64,000 nucleotides of DNA from Candidatus Poribacteria bacterium (GTDB lineage Bacteria > Poribacteria > WGA-4E > PCPOR2b). The stretch's first letter is position 1. Each line of letters starts with the position of its first letter. Both the position numbers and the translations under genes were made by a program. The notes below the pieces were generated by a model. That model was not told the origin of the DNA. It did not search any database and saw only the letters and a program-made list of their open reading frames with translations. The stretch is taken from the NCBI GenBank assembly GCA_965208675.1, contig OZ242351.1, forward strand, positions 3,360,001 through 3,424,000, written 5' to 3'. Of this stretch, positions 1 through 8,237 are shown in pieces.

Positions 1-168
1 GACGCCGACGAACACGCCGCGCCGGTGTGGAAAGAAATAGCACTCGGTTTTCCAAGTGCTGGCCCCGCCTGGTTTGACCCTGATTTTGTCGTACCGTTCT
101 CTGTCGCCTCTACGGACAAACGCCCTTTGAGTTGGGGCTGGCTTAAGAAAGCCGGAGCCGAGAAGTAG
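1..168 (+). CDS. 3' end of a TolB-like/PD40-repeat secreted protein (partial; paralog of 290..1315)
   Basis: Frame 1 reads DADEHAAPVWKEIALGFPSAGPAWFDPDFVVPFSVASTDKRPLSWGWLKKAGAEK* (TAG 166-168), matching the C-terminus of 290..1315 (WFDPDFVVEWAVSPADNRPLTWGWIKR). Confidence 0.8.
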   Translation, partial: DADEHAAPVWKEIALGFPSAGPAWFDPDFVVPFSVASTDKRPLSWGWLKKAGAEK

Positions 169-289
169 CGGGTGATAGACGAAGATTCATTCTTAACAAT
201 TTACGAAGAGACATCGAAACACGGCGGCTATCCGTTAACTTTCAATGCATTCAATCCTGATTTGCAATTAGCAAAAGGAGGTAGAAATT

Positions 290-1315
290 ATGCAACACTC
301 GATAACTACTTTGCGTCTAAGCATATTCACGGGTGTATTTCTTGTGAGTTGCTTTGCGCCAATCTTTAGCGTACACGCACAAGCGCCCACCGGCCCAACT
401 ATTGCAGTTGCCAGTTTAGGGGACGGAGGGACGCTCTGGCTAATGGATACGGACGGAAATCAACAGAAAGCAATTCACGACATTGAGGGAGATCCGGTAG
501 TCTTGGGGCTGTCGTGGTCCCCCGACGGCAATAAGATTGCGTTCTTTTCTGAAAAGAAGAAGGATGTAGATAGCGATGTGTATGTGGTGGACGCCGACGG
601 AAAGGGGTTGAGGAATCTCACGGACCGTCAAGGGTTTGATGGCTGGCCCACATGGCATCCCAGCGGTCAAAGACTCGCCTTCACTTCCGATCGAGACGGC
701 AATCTTGAAATTTACACCATGTCGGCTCAAGGAGTCGTCGGCGGCAACCTCACGAACGATGCTGTTCCCGACCAAATGCCCGCTTGGTCGCCGGATGGCC
801 GTAAGATTGCCTTCGCCTCAAAGCGGGGGAAGACGCTAGGTGACATCTGGGTGATGGACACTAGCGGCGGCAACCTCCAGAATTTGACGGATCATAGGGG
901 CCAGGACATTGAACCCCGATTTTCATTGGACTCCAAAAAAATTGCTTGGACAACACGGCGGTTCGGAGAAGGAGTCATCATGACCATGGACGCCGATGGA
1001 CAGAACAAGTTACAAATCACGCCCAACCCCGAGAACGAAAAGCGCGATCCGGCATTTTCGTCTGACGGAAAAAAAATTATCTACATTAGATTCGGCGGCG
1101 GTACGGCAAATGTCCAGCGGCGGTCGGTTAAACAGTTTGCAAAGGGAGAAGCAAACCTCTGCGCAGGGGATTGCTTTGAACTTCCGGCGATTGGTTTCCC
1201 GACACGTTCACCGGTATGGTTCGACCCGGATTTTGTAGTTGAGTGGGCGGTTTCTCCGGCTGATAATCGTCCATTGACTTGGGGTTGGATAAAACGGTTG
1301 GGACAGAGCAGATAA
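290..1315 (+). CDS. Secreted TolB-like beta-propeller (PD40 repeat) protein with C-terminal WG..K motif
   Basis: Signal peptide ending VHA-QA; repeated WSPDG.KIAF and D..P.W.PDG motifs; RBS AGGAGG upstream. Confidence 0.85.
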   Translation: MQHSITTLRLSIFTGVFLVSCFAPIFSVHAQAPTGPTIAVASLGDGGTLWLMDTDGNQQKAIHDIEGDPVVLGLSWSPDGNKIAFFSEKKKDVDSDVYVVDADGKGLRNLTDRQGFDGWPTWHPSGQRLAFTSDRDGNLEIYTMSAQGVVGGNLTNDAVPDQMPAWSPDGRKIAFASKRGKTLGDIWVMDTSGGNLQNLTDHRGQDIEPRFSLDSKKIAWTTRRFGEGVIMTMDADGQNKLQITPNPENEKRDPAFSSDGKKIIYIRFGGGTANVQRRSVKQFAKGEANLCAGDCFELPAIGFPTRSPVWFDPDFVVEWAVSPADNRPLTWGWIKRLGQSR

Positions 1316-1347
1316 TCCCTGGCGCAGACTCCGTCCACCAGCTAACG

Positions 1348-1797
1348 ATGAATCAATACAGGCATACCCAGATAGGTTATCTCCTTATCATCATGTATGG
1401 CGGGGTGGTAGTCCTCATAGGTTATTTTAATGTTTTGACGAGTTTTAGTAACCCGTTTGCCTTAGTCGCACTTATAGTTTTGCTTGCTATTCTGAAGTTT
1501 TTCTCTAGCTTGACCGTCACGGTCGATGCCCAGGTGATTAAGGTTCAATTTGGGGTCGGTGTTTATCGTAAAATTATTCCGCTAAAAGAGATTGAGTCTT
1601 ACGCTGTAGTCAAGAATCCTTGGTATTACGGTTGGGGAATAAGATACACGCCTCGGGGTTGGCTATTCAATGTGTCGGGGTTCTCGGCAGTCGAACTGCA
1701 ATTGAATAATGGGAAGAGATATCGGATCGGGACGGATGAACCGGATAATCTTGCGATTGCACTTTCGGATGCCCTGAATGATGCTCGCATTCGTTAA
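1348..1797 (+). CDS. Hypothetical membrane protein (2 TM plus PH-like soluble domain)
   Basis: Two hydrophobic helices, then YGWGIR...IGTDEP motif; ATG at 1348 preferred over TTG 1279, which overlaps the upstream gene. Confidence 0.65.
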   Translation: MNQYRHTQIGYLLIIMYGGVVVLIGYFNVLTSFSNPFALVALIVLLAILKFFSSLTVTVDAQVIKVQFGVGVYRKIIPLKEIESYAVVKNPWYYGWGIRYTPRGWLFNVSGFSAVELQLNNGKRYRIGTDEPDNLAIALSDALNDARIR

Positions 1798-1819
1798 CGC
1801 GGCGCAGTGGAGGAAAACA

Positions 1820-2605
1820 GTGTTTTATCGCATTGTACTATGCGTTTCGATTGCGTTTATCAGCGTAGTTACCTTCGCTAGTATCTTCGTAACACCAGGG
1901 TATGCAGAAATTGACCCAGACACCATTGTAGGATTGTGGTTGTTAGACGAGGATAAAGGCAGGGAAGTTAAAGATAGTTCTGGCAATGAACTTCACGGGT
2001 CGTTCACCGGGTCTCCCAAGTGGAGGGAAGGAAAATTCGGCCGGGCTTTGGAACTCCCAGGTGGAGGCGACACTGTCAAAATTGAAGGATTAGCACAGGA
2101 CTTTCCCGCCGAAGAAGTGACAATCACATCGTGGGTGAAAGCAGAGGGGCTCAAGAATCAAGACCTATTTAGTCTCGAACCACTTGACCCTAGCCGTGTC
2201 ACAGTCCACTTTCCCAGGGATAATCAACTTCACTGGCAGTTCAGCACGATATGGATGCATCCACCAATTCCCCTTGGTCAGGAGGTTGAAGGTAAATGGC
2301 AACACTGGGCTTTCATCCATAGTATTGCGGAAAACGTAATGCTTGCCTATCAGGATGGTGAGGTGGTCGGAGAATCACTGAATTCCAAAGCGTATGCTCC
2401 CCGGGCCGGAGATTTTCACATAGGCGGTAGGCTAGGTTCTTCCTTTAAAGGTTTCGTTGACGAAGTTGGAATCTTTGAGGCTGTCCTCAGTCAAGATGAT
2501 ATACAAAGCATCATGGAAAACGGCCTGGAGACGCAAGTCTTTGCAGTTACGCCAACAGGCAAAGTTGCGGTTTCATGGGGTAAAGTCAAGGCACGAAGAG
2601 AATGA
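1820..2605 (+). CDS. Secreted LamG/concanavalin-like jelly-roll protein (paralog 1)
   Basis: GLWLLDE..G..KDSSGN, GKFG.AL, WQHWAF and F.G.VDEV.IF motifs; signal peptide; GGAGGA RBS before GTG 1820. Confidence 0.85.
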   Translation: MFYRIVLCVSIAFISVVTFASIFVTPGYAEIDPDTIVGLWLLDEDKGREVKDSSGNELHGSFTGSPKWREGKFGRALELPGGGDTVKIEGLAQDFPAEEVTITSWVKAEGLKNQDLFSLEPLDPSRVTVHFPRDNQLHWQFSTIWMHPPIPLGQEVEGKWQHWAFIHSIAENVMLAYQDGEVVGESLNSKAYAPRAGDFHIGGRLGSSFKGFVDEVGIFEAVLSQDDIQSIMENGLETQVFAVTPTGKVAVSWGKVKARRE

Positions 2606-2734
2606 ATTTGAATTTGCTATCGACAGTGGTTGGTTTCAGTAGGTGCGTTGCTTGCTGTCGATGGATAACATATGACAGCACAGTTGCAATAAAATTTTGA
2701 AACACATCAAAATTACCAATTAGGAGGAAATACA

Positions 2735-3532
2735 ATGTTTATTCGTAATGCAACCCAATTTTCGATTGTATTTATGAGTTTAGTAGCCATCGGTTGGGTT
2801 TTCACACCATCCGGTCATGCGGAGATTGACCCAGATACCATTGTAGGGATGTGGCTGCTCGACGAGGATAAGGGCAAAGAAGCCAAAGATGGTTCAGGCA
2901 ATGAACGTCATGGAACTTTCACCGGATCCCCCAAATGGAGAGAAGGCAAGTTCGGCCGGAGCGTGGAGTTTTCCGGTGGAGGCGATACTGTAAGAATAGA
3001 TGGATTGGGGCAGGAATTTCCCACGGAGGAAGTAACAATTACGTCGTGGGTGAAGGTAGAGGGTTTCAACAATCAAGACCTTTTTAGCCTTGAGCCGCTT
3101 GAGGTCGGTAACAGGGGCCGCGTCACAGTCCACATGCCGTGGGACGGCGGTGTTCACTGGCAGTTTGGTTCGCCATTTACGGGGATTAATCCAGTTGCGC
3201 TCGACAAAGGCGTGGAAGGCAAATGGCAGCACTGGACGTTCGTCCATAGTGTTGCAGATAACGTGTTCCTTGTTTATCAGGACGGCAAGGAAGTGCAAAG
3301 GAACGTGAATTCGCAGGCGTTTGTTCAAGGAGCCGCAGATTTTCACATAGGCGGTAGACTGGGGTCCTCATTTGAGGGTTTCGTCGATGAGTTCGCAATA
3401 TTTGAGGCTGTCCTTAGCCCGGCTGACATAAATAGCATCATGGAAAACGGTCTTGAAGCTCGCGTCTTTGCGGTTTCTCCAGCTAGCAAACTTTCGACCT
3501 CCTGGGGTCGAATTAAAGAACTGAGAGAGTAA
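2735..3532 (+). CDS. Secreted LamG/concanavalin-like jelly-roll protein (paralog 2)
   Basis: Same motifs and clearly similar to its neighbours; AGGAGG RBS. Confidence 0.88.
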   Translation: MFIRNATQFSIVFMSLVAIGWVFTPSGHAEIDPDTIVGMWLLDEDKGKEAKDGSGNERHGTFTGSPKWREGKFGRSVEFSGGGDTVRIDGLGQEFPTEEVTITSWVKVEGFNNQDLFSLEPLEVGNRGRVTVHMPWDGGVHWQFGSPFTGINPVALDKGVEGKWQHWTFVHSVADNVFLVYQDGKEVQRNVNSQAFVQGAADFHIGGRLGSSFEGFVDEFAIFEAVLSPADINSIMENGLEARVFAVSPASKLSTSWGRIKELRE

Positions 3533-3608
3533 CCCCGGACGTGCTGCCGCAAGCGAATTTTCATTTCTTTGTATTCACATTTGTCCTACAGTCCATGTGC
3601 GACTGGAC

Positions 3609-3637
3609 TCTTGCGAAGGTTTTAAACCTTCGCAAGA
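3609..3637. repeat. Near-perfect palindrome (REP-like or terminator-like hairpin)
   Basis: TCTTGCGAAGGTTT-T-AAACCTTCGCAAGA (14-bp arms). Confidence 0.6.
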
Positions 3638-3742
3638 ACTAACCTGGTTATCGTAAAATCCTGGCACCCATATTTACACCCTTCGCGGGACGAGCCGAGT
3701 GACCATAGACAGCGAAATAAGAATCTTTGGAAATCGGCCATA

Positions 3743-3856
3743 GTGCAAACACAGGATTGCGAAGCGACGCTGACGGATGCGCAGATCGTAGCGTTCTGAA
3801 AAAACGGGTTCTTAATTTGTGAAGGCGTTGTTTCGGATGAAATCAATCGGCAAATC
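3743..3856 (+). pseudogene. 5' remnant of a PhyH-family dioxygenase gene
   Basis: Reads VQTQDCEATLTDAQIVAF*KNGFLICEGVVSDEINRQI versus MPTHDCEATLTDTQVMEFCKNGFLMFEGVVPDEINQRV of 4893..5675; TGA at 3797, and homology ends before 3877. Confidence 0.85.
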
Positions 3857-3876
3857 ATTCATCGGGGGCAGAAACG

Positions 3877-4662
3877 ATGTTTTTTCGTGTTGTAACTAGG
3901 TTTGTGGTTGCATGTATGAGTTTACTAGCCTTTGACTGGATCTTCGCACCATCAGTGTATGCAGAGATCGACCCGGATACCATAAGAGGGTTATGGCTTC
4001 TTGACGAAGGTAAGGGGAAGGAGGCCAAGGACAGCTCAGTCAATGAACTTCACGGGACGTTCACGGGAACCCCCAAATGGAGAGATGGCAAGTTCGGCAA
4101 GAGTTTGGAGTTTCCAGGGGGAGGCGATACGGTCAAGATTGAGGGATTTGCCAAGGACTTTCCCGCGGAAGAAGTGACAATCACGTCGTGGGTGAAGTTA
4201 GAGGGGTTCAATAATCAAGACCTTTTTAGTATGGAACCGCTTGACCCTAGTCGCGTCACAGTCCACTTCCCATGGGATAACGCTGTCCACTGGCAGTTTG
4301 GCATTAACAATGGTATTAATCCAATTCCAATCGGCGACGAGATAAAAGGCAAATGGCAGCATTGGGCTTTCATCCATAGCGTTGCGGATAACGTAATGCT
4401 AGTCTACCAGGATGGAAAGGAAGTACGACGCGTGGGGGTCTCCAAGGAGTATGTTCCGCGGGCCGGAAGTTTTCACATTGGCGGTAGACTGGGTTCTTCT
4501 TTTGAAGGATTCGTTGACGAAGTTGGACTATTTGAAGCTGTTCTCAGCCAAGCTGACATAAAGAGAATCATGGACAATGGACTTGAGGGGGGTGTATTTG
4601 CTGTTTTACCAACTAGCAAACTTGCGACCTCCTGGGGCAAAATTAAGATGCGGAGGGAGTGA
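3877..4662 (+). CDS. Secreted LamG/concanavalin-like jelly-roll protein (paralog 3)
   Basis: Same motifs as 1820..2605 and 2735..3532. Confidence 0.88.
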   Translation: MFFRVVTRFVVACMSLLAFDWIFAPSVYAEIDPDTIRGLWLLDEGKGKEAKDSSVNELHGTFTGTPKWRDGKFGKSLEFPGGGDTVKIEGFAKDFPAEEVTITSWVKLEGFNNQDLFSMEPLDPSRVTVHFPWDNAVHWQFGINNGINPIPIGDEIKGKWQHWAFIHSVADNVMLVYQDGKEVRRVGVSKEYVPRAGSFHIGGRLGSSFEGFVDEVGLFEAVLSQADIKRIMDNGLEGGVFAVLPTSKLATSWGKIKMRRE

Positions 4663-4892
4663 TCCAAACCCTCCTTCCTTGGAATTCTCCCATCTTGTGT
4701 TGGGTATTCTATCAGAGTTTCATTTTATCCATACGGTACCAAACCCTAGCGGAGGTTTCAAGACTTAGTAAGGTTAAATCTTTCCTAACCTACCATCAGG
4801 CCTAAACACTTTCTCAATCCAAAAGGAACCTTTTTTGGGATTAGTTCAGTAATCAGTAGCGGAAAAGAAAAGGACAAATGAGGTCTACCTAA

Positions 4893-5675
4893 ATGCCAAC
4901 ACACGATTGCGAAGCAACGCTGACCGATACGCAAGTCATGGAATTCTGCAAGAACGGCTTCTTAATGTTTGAAGGCGTTGTGCCGGATGAAATTAATCAG
5001 CGAGTCTGTCAATATTCCGATGAACATGAGGCCCAGGTGCCTGCAGGTGAAGATTGGTACATTGAGAACGTAACGCTAAATCCACAAGTGACCGGAGCGA
5101 TACGTTCCGTTTTGGGCAAGAATTTCCGTTATAATCTCTTCGCGGGGAATCATCGAGTCCAGTGTCCTACCCGGGCAACCGGCGGATGGCATAACGATGG
5201 AGGGTCTGTATACAAACCTCATCTTGACTCCCTACAGGTGTTCTACTATCCGCAGCATACCCCAGTCGAACTCGGGCCGACCGAAGTTGTTCCCGGTTCC
5301 CACTTTCTAGTTCATTTACAGCGCTGGATGGGACACTATACGGGCATCAAAGGAGCAGTTTCTACTGCAGCGCCCGCGGGCTCGATTTTTCTCACTATCT
5401 ATTCTATCTGGCATCGGCGGAGTACTTCCACCGCGAGCGGCATCCGTAATCTGATTAAATATTGGTATATACGTACGTCGCCGCCGGAGCGCGACTGGGT
5501 TATCGAACCGGATTTTGACCTCGTACGCCCCTATCATTTCCCGCCGGGACAATCCTTTCACAGGGAACATCACCACACAGTCAATGACGCCGCTGAGATT
5601 TTTTATTGGTTGTGCGGAAAACACGACGACTATCGCGGGCACACCAACAATTTGCCCGTCTATTTCTCTAGATAG
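4893..5675 (+). CDS. Phytanoyl-CoA dioxygenase (PhyH)-family Fe(II)/2-oxoglutarate oxygenase 1
   Basis: LTD.Q...F.KNGFL..EGVV, WHND (HxD), GPTEVVPGSH, distal WHRR His. Confidence 0.85.
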   Translation: MPTHDCEATLTDTQVMEFCKNGFLMFEGVVPDEINQRVCQYSDEHEAQVPAGEDWYIENVTLNPQVTGAIRSVLGKNFRYNLFAGNHRVQCPTRATGGWHNDGGSVYKPHLDSLQVFYYPQHTPVELGPTEVVPGSHFLVHLQRWMGHYTGIKGAVSTAAPAGSIFLTIYSIWHRRSTSTASGIRNLIKYWYIRTSPPERDWVIEPDFDLVRPYHFPPGQSFHREHHHTVNDAAEIFYWLCGKHDDYRGHTNNLPVYFSR

Positions 5676-5689
5676 CGAGGGAAAATACT

Positions 5690-6481
5690 GTGAGCAGGCA
5701 TGACTGCAAACCAACGCTGACCGATACACAAGTTCTTGAGTTTTGCAGGAATGGGTTCTTAATGTTCGAAGGCGTTGTGCCGGATGAAGTTAATCAACGG
5801 GTCTTTGACTATTGCGACAAAAACGACGGCCGCGTACCGGCAGGCGAGGATTGGTATATTGAGAATGTGACGCTTAACCCGCAAGCGGCGGGGGCGATAC
5901 GGTCTCTTCTCGGAAAAAACTTCCGTTGGTCTGGGGCGGGCAACCATCGCATCCAATGTCCGCTTGAAGAAGTACACCAACAGTCGAACGGTTTGTGGCA
6001 TAACGACGGCGGTTCGGTGTACACTCCGGAGCTAGACTGTCTACAGGTGTTCTATTATCCGCAGGATACTCCGGTCGAGCTAGGTCCGACAGAGGTGGTA
6101 CCCAGTTCGCATTTTCTCCGGAGTTACCATTTCTGGATGGGGCATTATGGCAGGATTCGGAACGCAGTTTCCACCGCAGCTCCGGCTGGTTCGATTTTTC
6201 TCACCATCTACCGTATTTGGCATCGGCGCACCCCATCCACAGCTACCGGAGTTCGCAACCTAATTAAGTATTCGTACATTCGAACCGTGCCGCCGGAGAG
6301 AGATTGGATTATTGAACCGGAGTTCGATCTAGCACATTCCTATCACGCGCCTGCTGGACCTCAGTTCCATCGGGAATACCACCGCACAATCAATGACGCT
6401 GCCGAGATTTATTTTTGGCTGTGCGGAAAACACGATCAATATCGCGGCACGCGCAATAATTTGCCTATCTATTACTCTTGA
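5690..6481 (+). CDS. PhyH-family Fe(II)/2OG oxygenase 2
   Basis: WHNDGG, GPTEVVPSSH, IWHRR; paralog of its neighbours. Confidence 0.85.
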   Translation: MSRHDCKPTLTDTQVLEFCRNGFLMFEGVVPDEVNQRVFDYCDKNDGRVPAGEDWYIENVTLNPQAAGAIRSLLGKNFRWSGAGNHRIQCPLEEVHQQSNGLWHNDGGSVYTPELDCLQVFYYPQDTPVELGPTEVVPSSHFLRSYHFWMGHYGRIRNAVSTAAPAGSIFLTIYRIWHRRTPSTATGVRNLIKYSYIRTVPPERDWIIEPEFDLAHSYHAPAGPQFHREYHRTINDAAEIYFWLCGKHDQYRGTRNNLPIYYS

Positions 6482-6581
6482 TGCCGTGGTGTCGAGTAAT
6501 GACGATTGTAGCAGAAGTATTCAGCCAAAAATCAGCTGTGATGCGGGTACGGTAGAAGAGAATTTCTGGGGTAATTTATCG

Positions 6582-7367
6582 ATGAAAACTTATAACTGTG
6601 AACCTACGCTTACAGACACCCAGATACTGGAAATCTGTAGAGACGGCTTCAAAATGCTCAAGGGTGTTGTGCCGGAAGCGATAAATAAGCAAGCGTTCGA
6701 GTTTCTGGATTTACACCCGCACGGCACACCCGTTGAAATCCTCGAGGAGGATTGGTTTGTCGAGAACGTAATACTCAATGCGCAGGCAGTAGGTATTGTG
6801 CGGTCGCTTCTGGGGAAAAACTTTGCGCTTCCCACCCGGATGGCCAATCATCGCGCTGAGCGTCCCGGACCAGCGCAACATTGGCACCGGGATGGTGGAT
6901 CGGTATACAGTCCCGAAATGGACAGTTTACAGGTGTTCTATTATCCACAGGACACACCGCTAGAGTTGGGGCCAACACAGGTGGTGCCCGGTTCACACCT
7001 GCTCTTCTCTTTGCAGAGCTATATGAGTCACTATGGCGGTATTCGAGTTGCACATCCAACCGTAGCCCCTGCTGGCTCAATTTTCATCACGATATATTCG
7101 ATTTGGCACCGCCGCGGCCCATCCACTGCGCACGGTACGCGCAATCTGCTGAAATATTGGTACCGTCGAACTGTACCGCCCGAGCGCGACTGGATTATTG
7201 AACCGGAGTTCAATCTGAAGCAGGCATATCATTTCCCCCACGGCTTAACCTTCAATCGAGAAGGCCACAAGACTATTAATGACGCCGCGGAAATCTATTT
7301 TTGGTTGTGCGGTAAGCACGACCAATTTCGCGCGCGCACTAACAATTTGCCCGCCTATTTCTCATGA
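6582..7367 (+). CDS. PhyH-family Fe(II)/2OG oxygenase 3
   Basis: WHRDGG, GPTQVVPGSH; start moved to ATG 6582 by alignment with the paralogs. Confidence 0.85.
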   Translation: MKTYNCEPTLTDTQILEICRDGFKMLKGVVPEAINKQAFEFLDLHPHGTPVEILEEDWFVENVILNAQAVGIVRSLLGKNFALPTRMANHRAERPGPAQHWHRDGGSVYSPEMDSLQVFYYPQDTPLELGPTQVVPGSHLLFSLQSYMSHYGGIRVAHPTVAPAGSIFITIYSIWHRRGPSTAHGTRNLLKYWYRRTVPPERDWIIEPEFNLKQAYHFPHGLTFNREGHKTINDAAEIYFWLCGKHDQFRARTNNLPAYFS

Positions 7368-7383
7368 GAGGGGAGGAGTGGCA

Positions 7384-8226
7384 TTGGAAGCATATGATTT
7401 TGAGCCGACACTGACCGATACACAAGTGGTCGAGTTCTGTAAGCAGGGCTACCTGATGCTGGAAGGTGTCGTTTCGGAGGAAATTAACCAACGCGTGTGT
7501 GAAAGTGTGGTGGGCGGATTTGAAGATGGGCGGCTGCTTCAGGAGGACTGGTTTCTTAACGATGTGATTCTCAATCCTCAAGCCGCTGGAGCGGTGCGGT
7601 CGCTGCTCGGAAAGGAATTTTCTACTCCGGTTGGGTTGCACAATCATCGGGTTGAATGTCCTGCGCCGTCTCAACATTGGCATCGGGACGGCGGATCGCG
7701 TCACGAACCGGGACTCAATCATTTGCAGGTTTTTTATTATCCGAAGGATACTCCTGTGGAGCTTGGGCCGACAGAGGTACTTCCCTCCTCCCATTTTTTG
7801 TTCTGCTTCCAAAGCTGGATGGGGCACTACGGCAACATAAAGGGCGCAATTAAAACAGCCGCGCCGGCGGGGTCAATTTTCCTCACGGCATATCCGATAT
7901 GGCATCGGCGGCCCGTGTCAACCGGGCATGGCGTTCGCGATATGTTAAAATACCTTTATTGGCGAACCGTTCCACCCGAGCGGGATTGGGTTATCGAACC
8001 CGATTTCGAACCAGCCGCAGCAACCTATAGCCGGAAAGGTGCAGCTTCCCACCCACCTCGGCAGCAGTTTGACGATTGGTATGATGCCGCCGAGATGTTT
8101 TTTTGGTTATGTGGGAAATCTAGCGAGTTGACCACTATATTGGGTGGTGAAGGCTGGCCGGCAGGATACCCTCCGCCGCGTCCTGATGCGCAGATTTATC
8201 CGCCCAAGGGATTCCGCCGATTTTAG
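7384..8226 (+). CDS. PhyH-family Fe(II)/2OG oxygenase 4
   Basis: WHRDGG, GPTEVLPSSH; GGAGG RBS 7 nt before TTG 7384. Confidence 0.85.
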   Translation: MEAYDFEPTLTDTQVVEFCKQGYLMLEGVVSEEINQRVCESVVGGFEDGRLLQEDWFLNDVILNPQAAGAVRSLLGKEFSTPVGLHNHRVECPAPSQHWHRDGGSRHEPGLNHLQVFYYPKDTPVELGPTEVLPSSHFLFCFQSWMGHYGNIKGAIKTAAPAGSIFLTAYPIWHRRPVSTGHGVRDMLKYLYWRTVPPERDWVIEPDFEPAAATYSRKGAASHPPRQQFDDWYDAAEMFFWLCGKSSELTTILGGEGWPAGYPPPRPDAQIYPPKGFRRF

Positions 8227-8237
8227 GAAATTAAAAC

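Noticed and set aside
3797-3799. TGA aligned to a conserved Cys in the PhyH fragment, as a possible second selenocysteine
   Set aside because: Homology stops about 19 codons later and the catalytic HxD..H region is absent; a C->A nonsense change in a pseudogene remnant is simpler.
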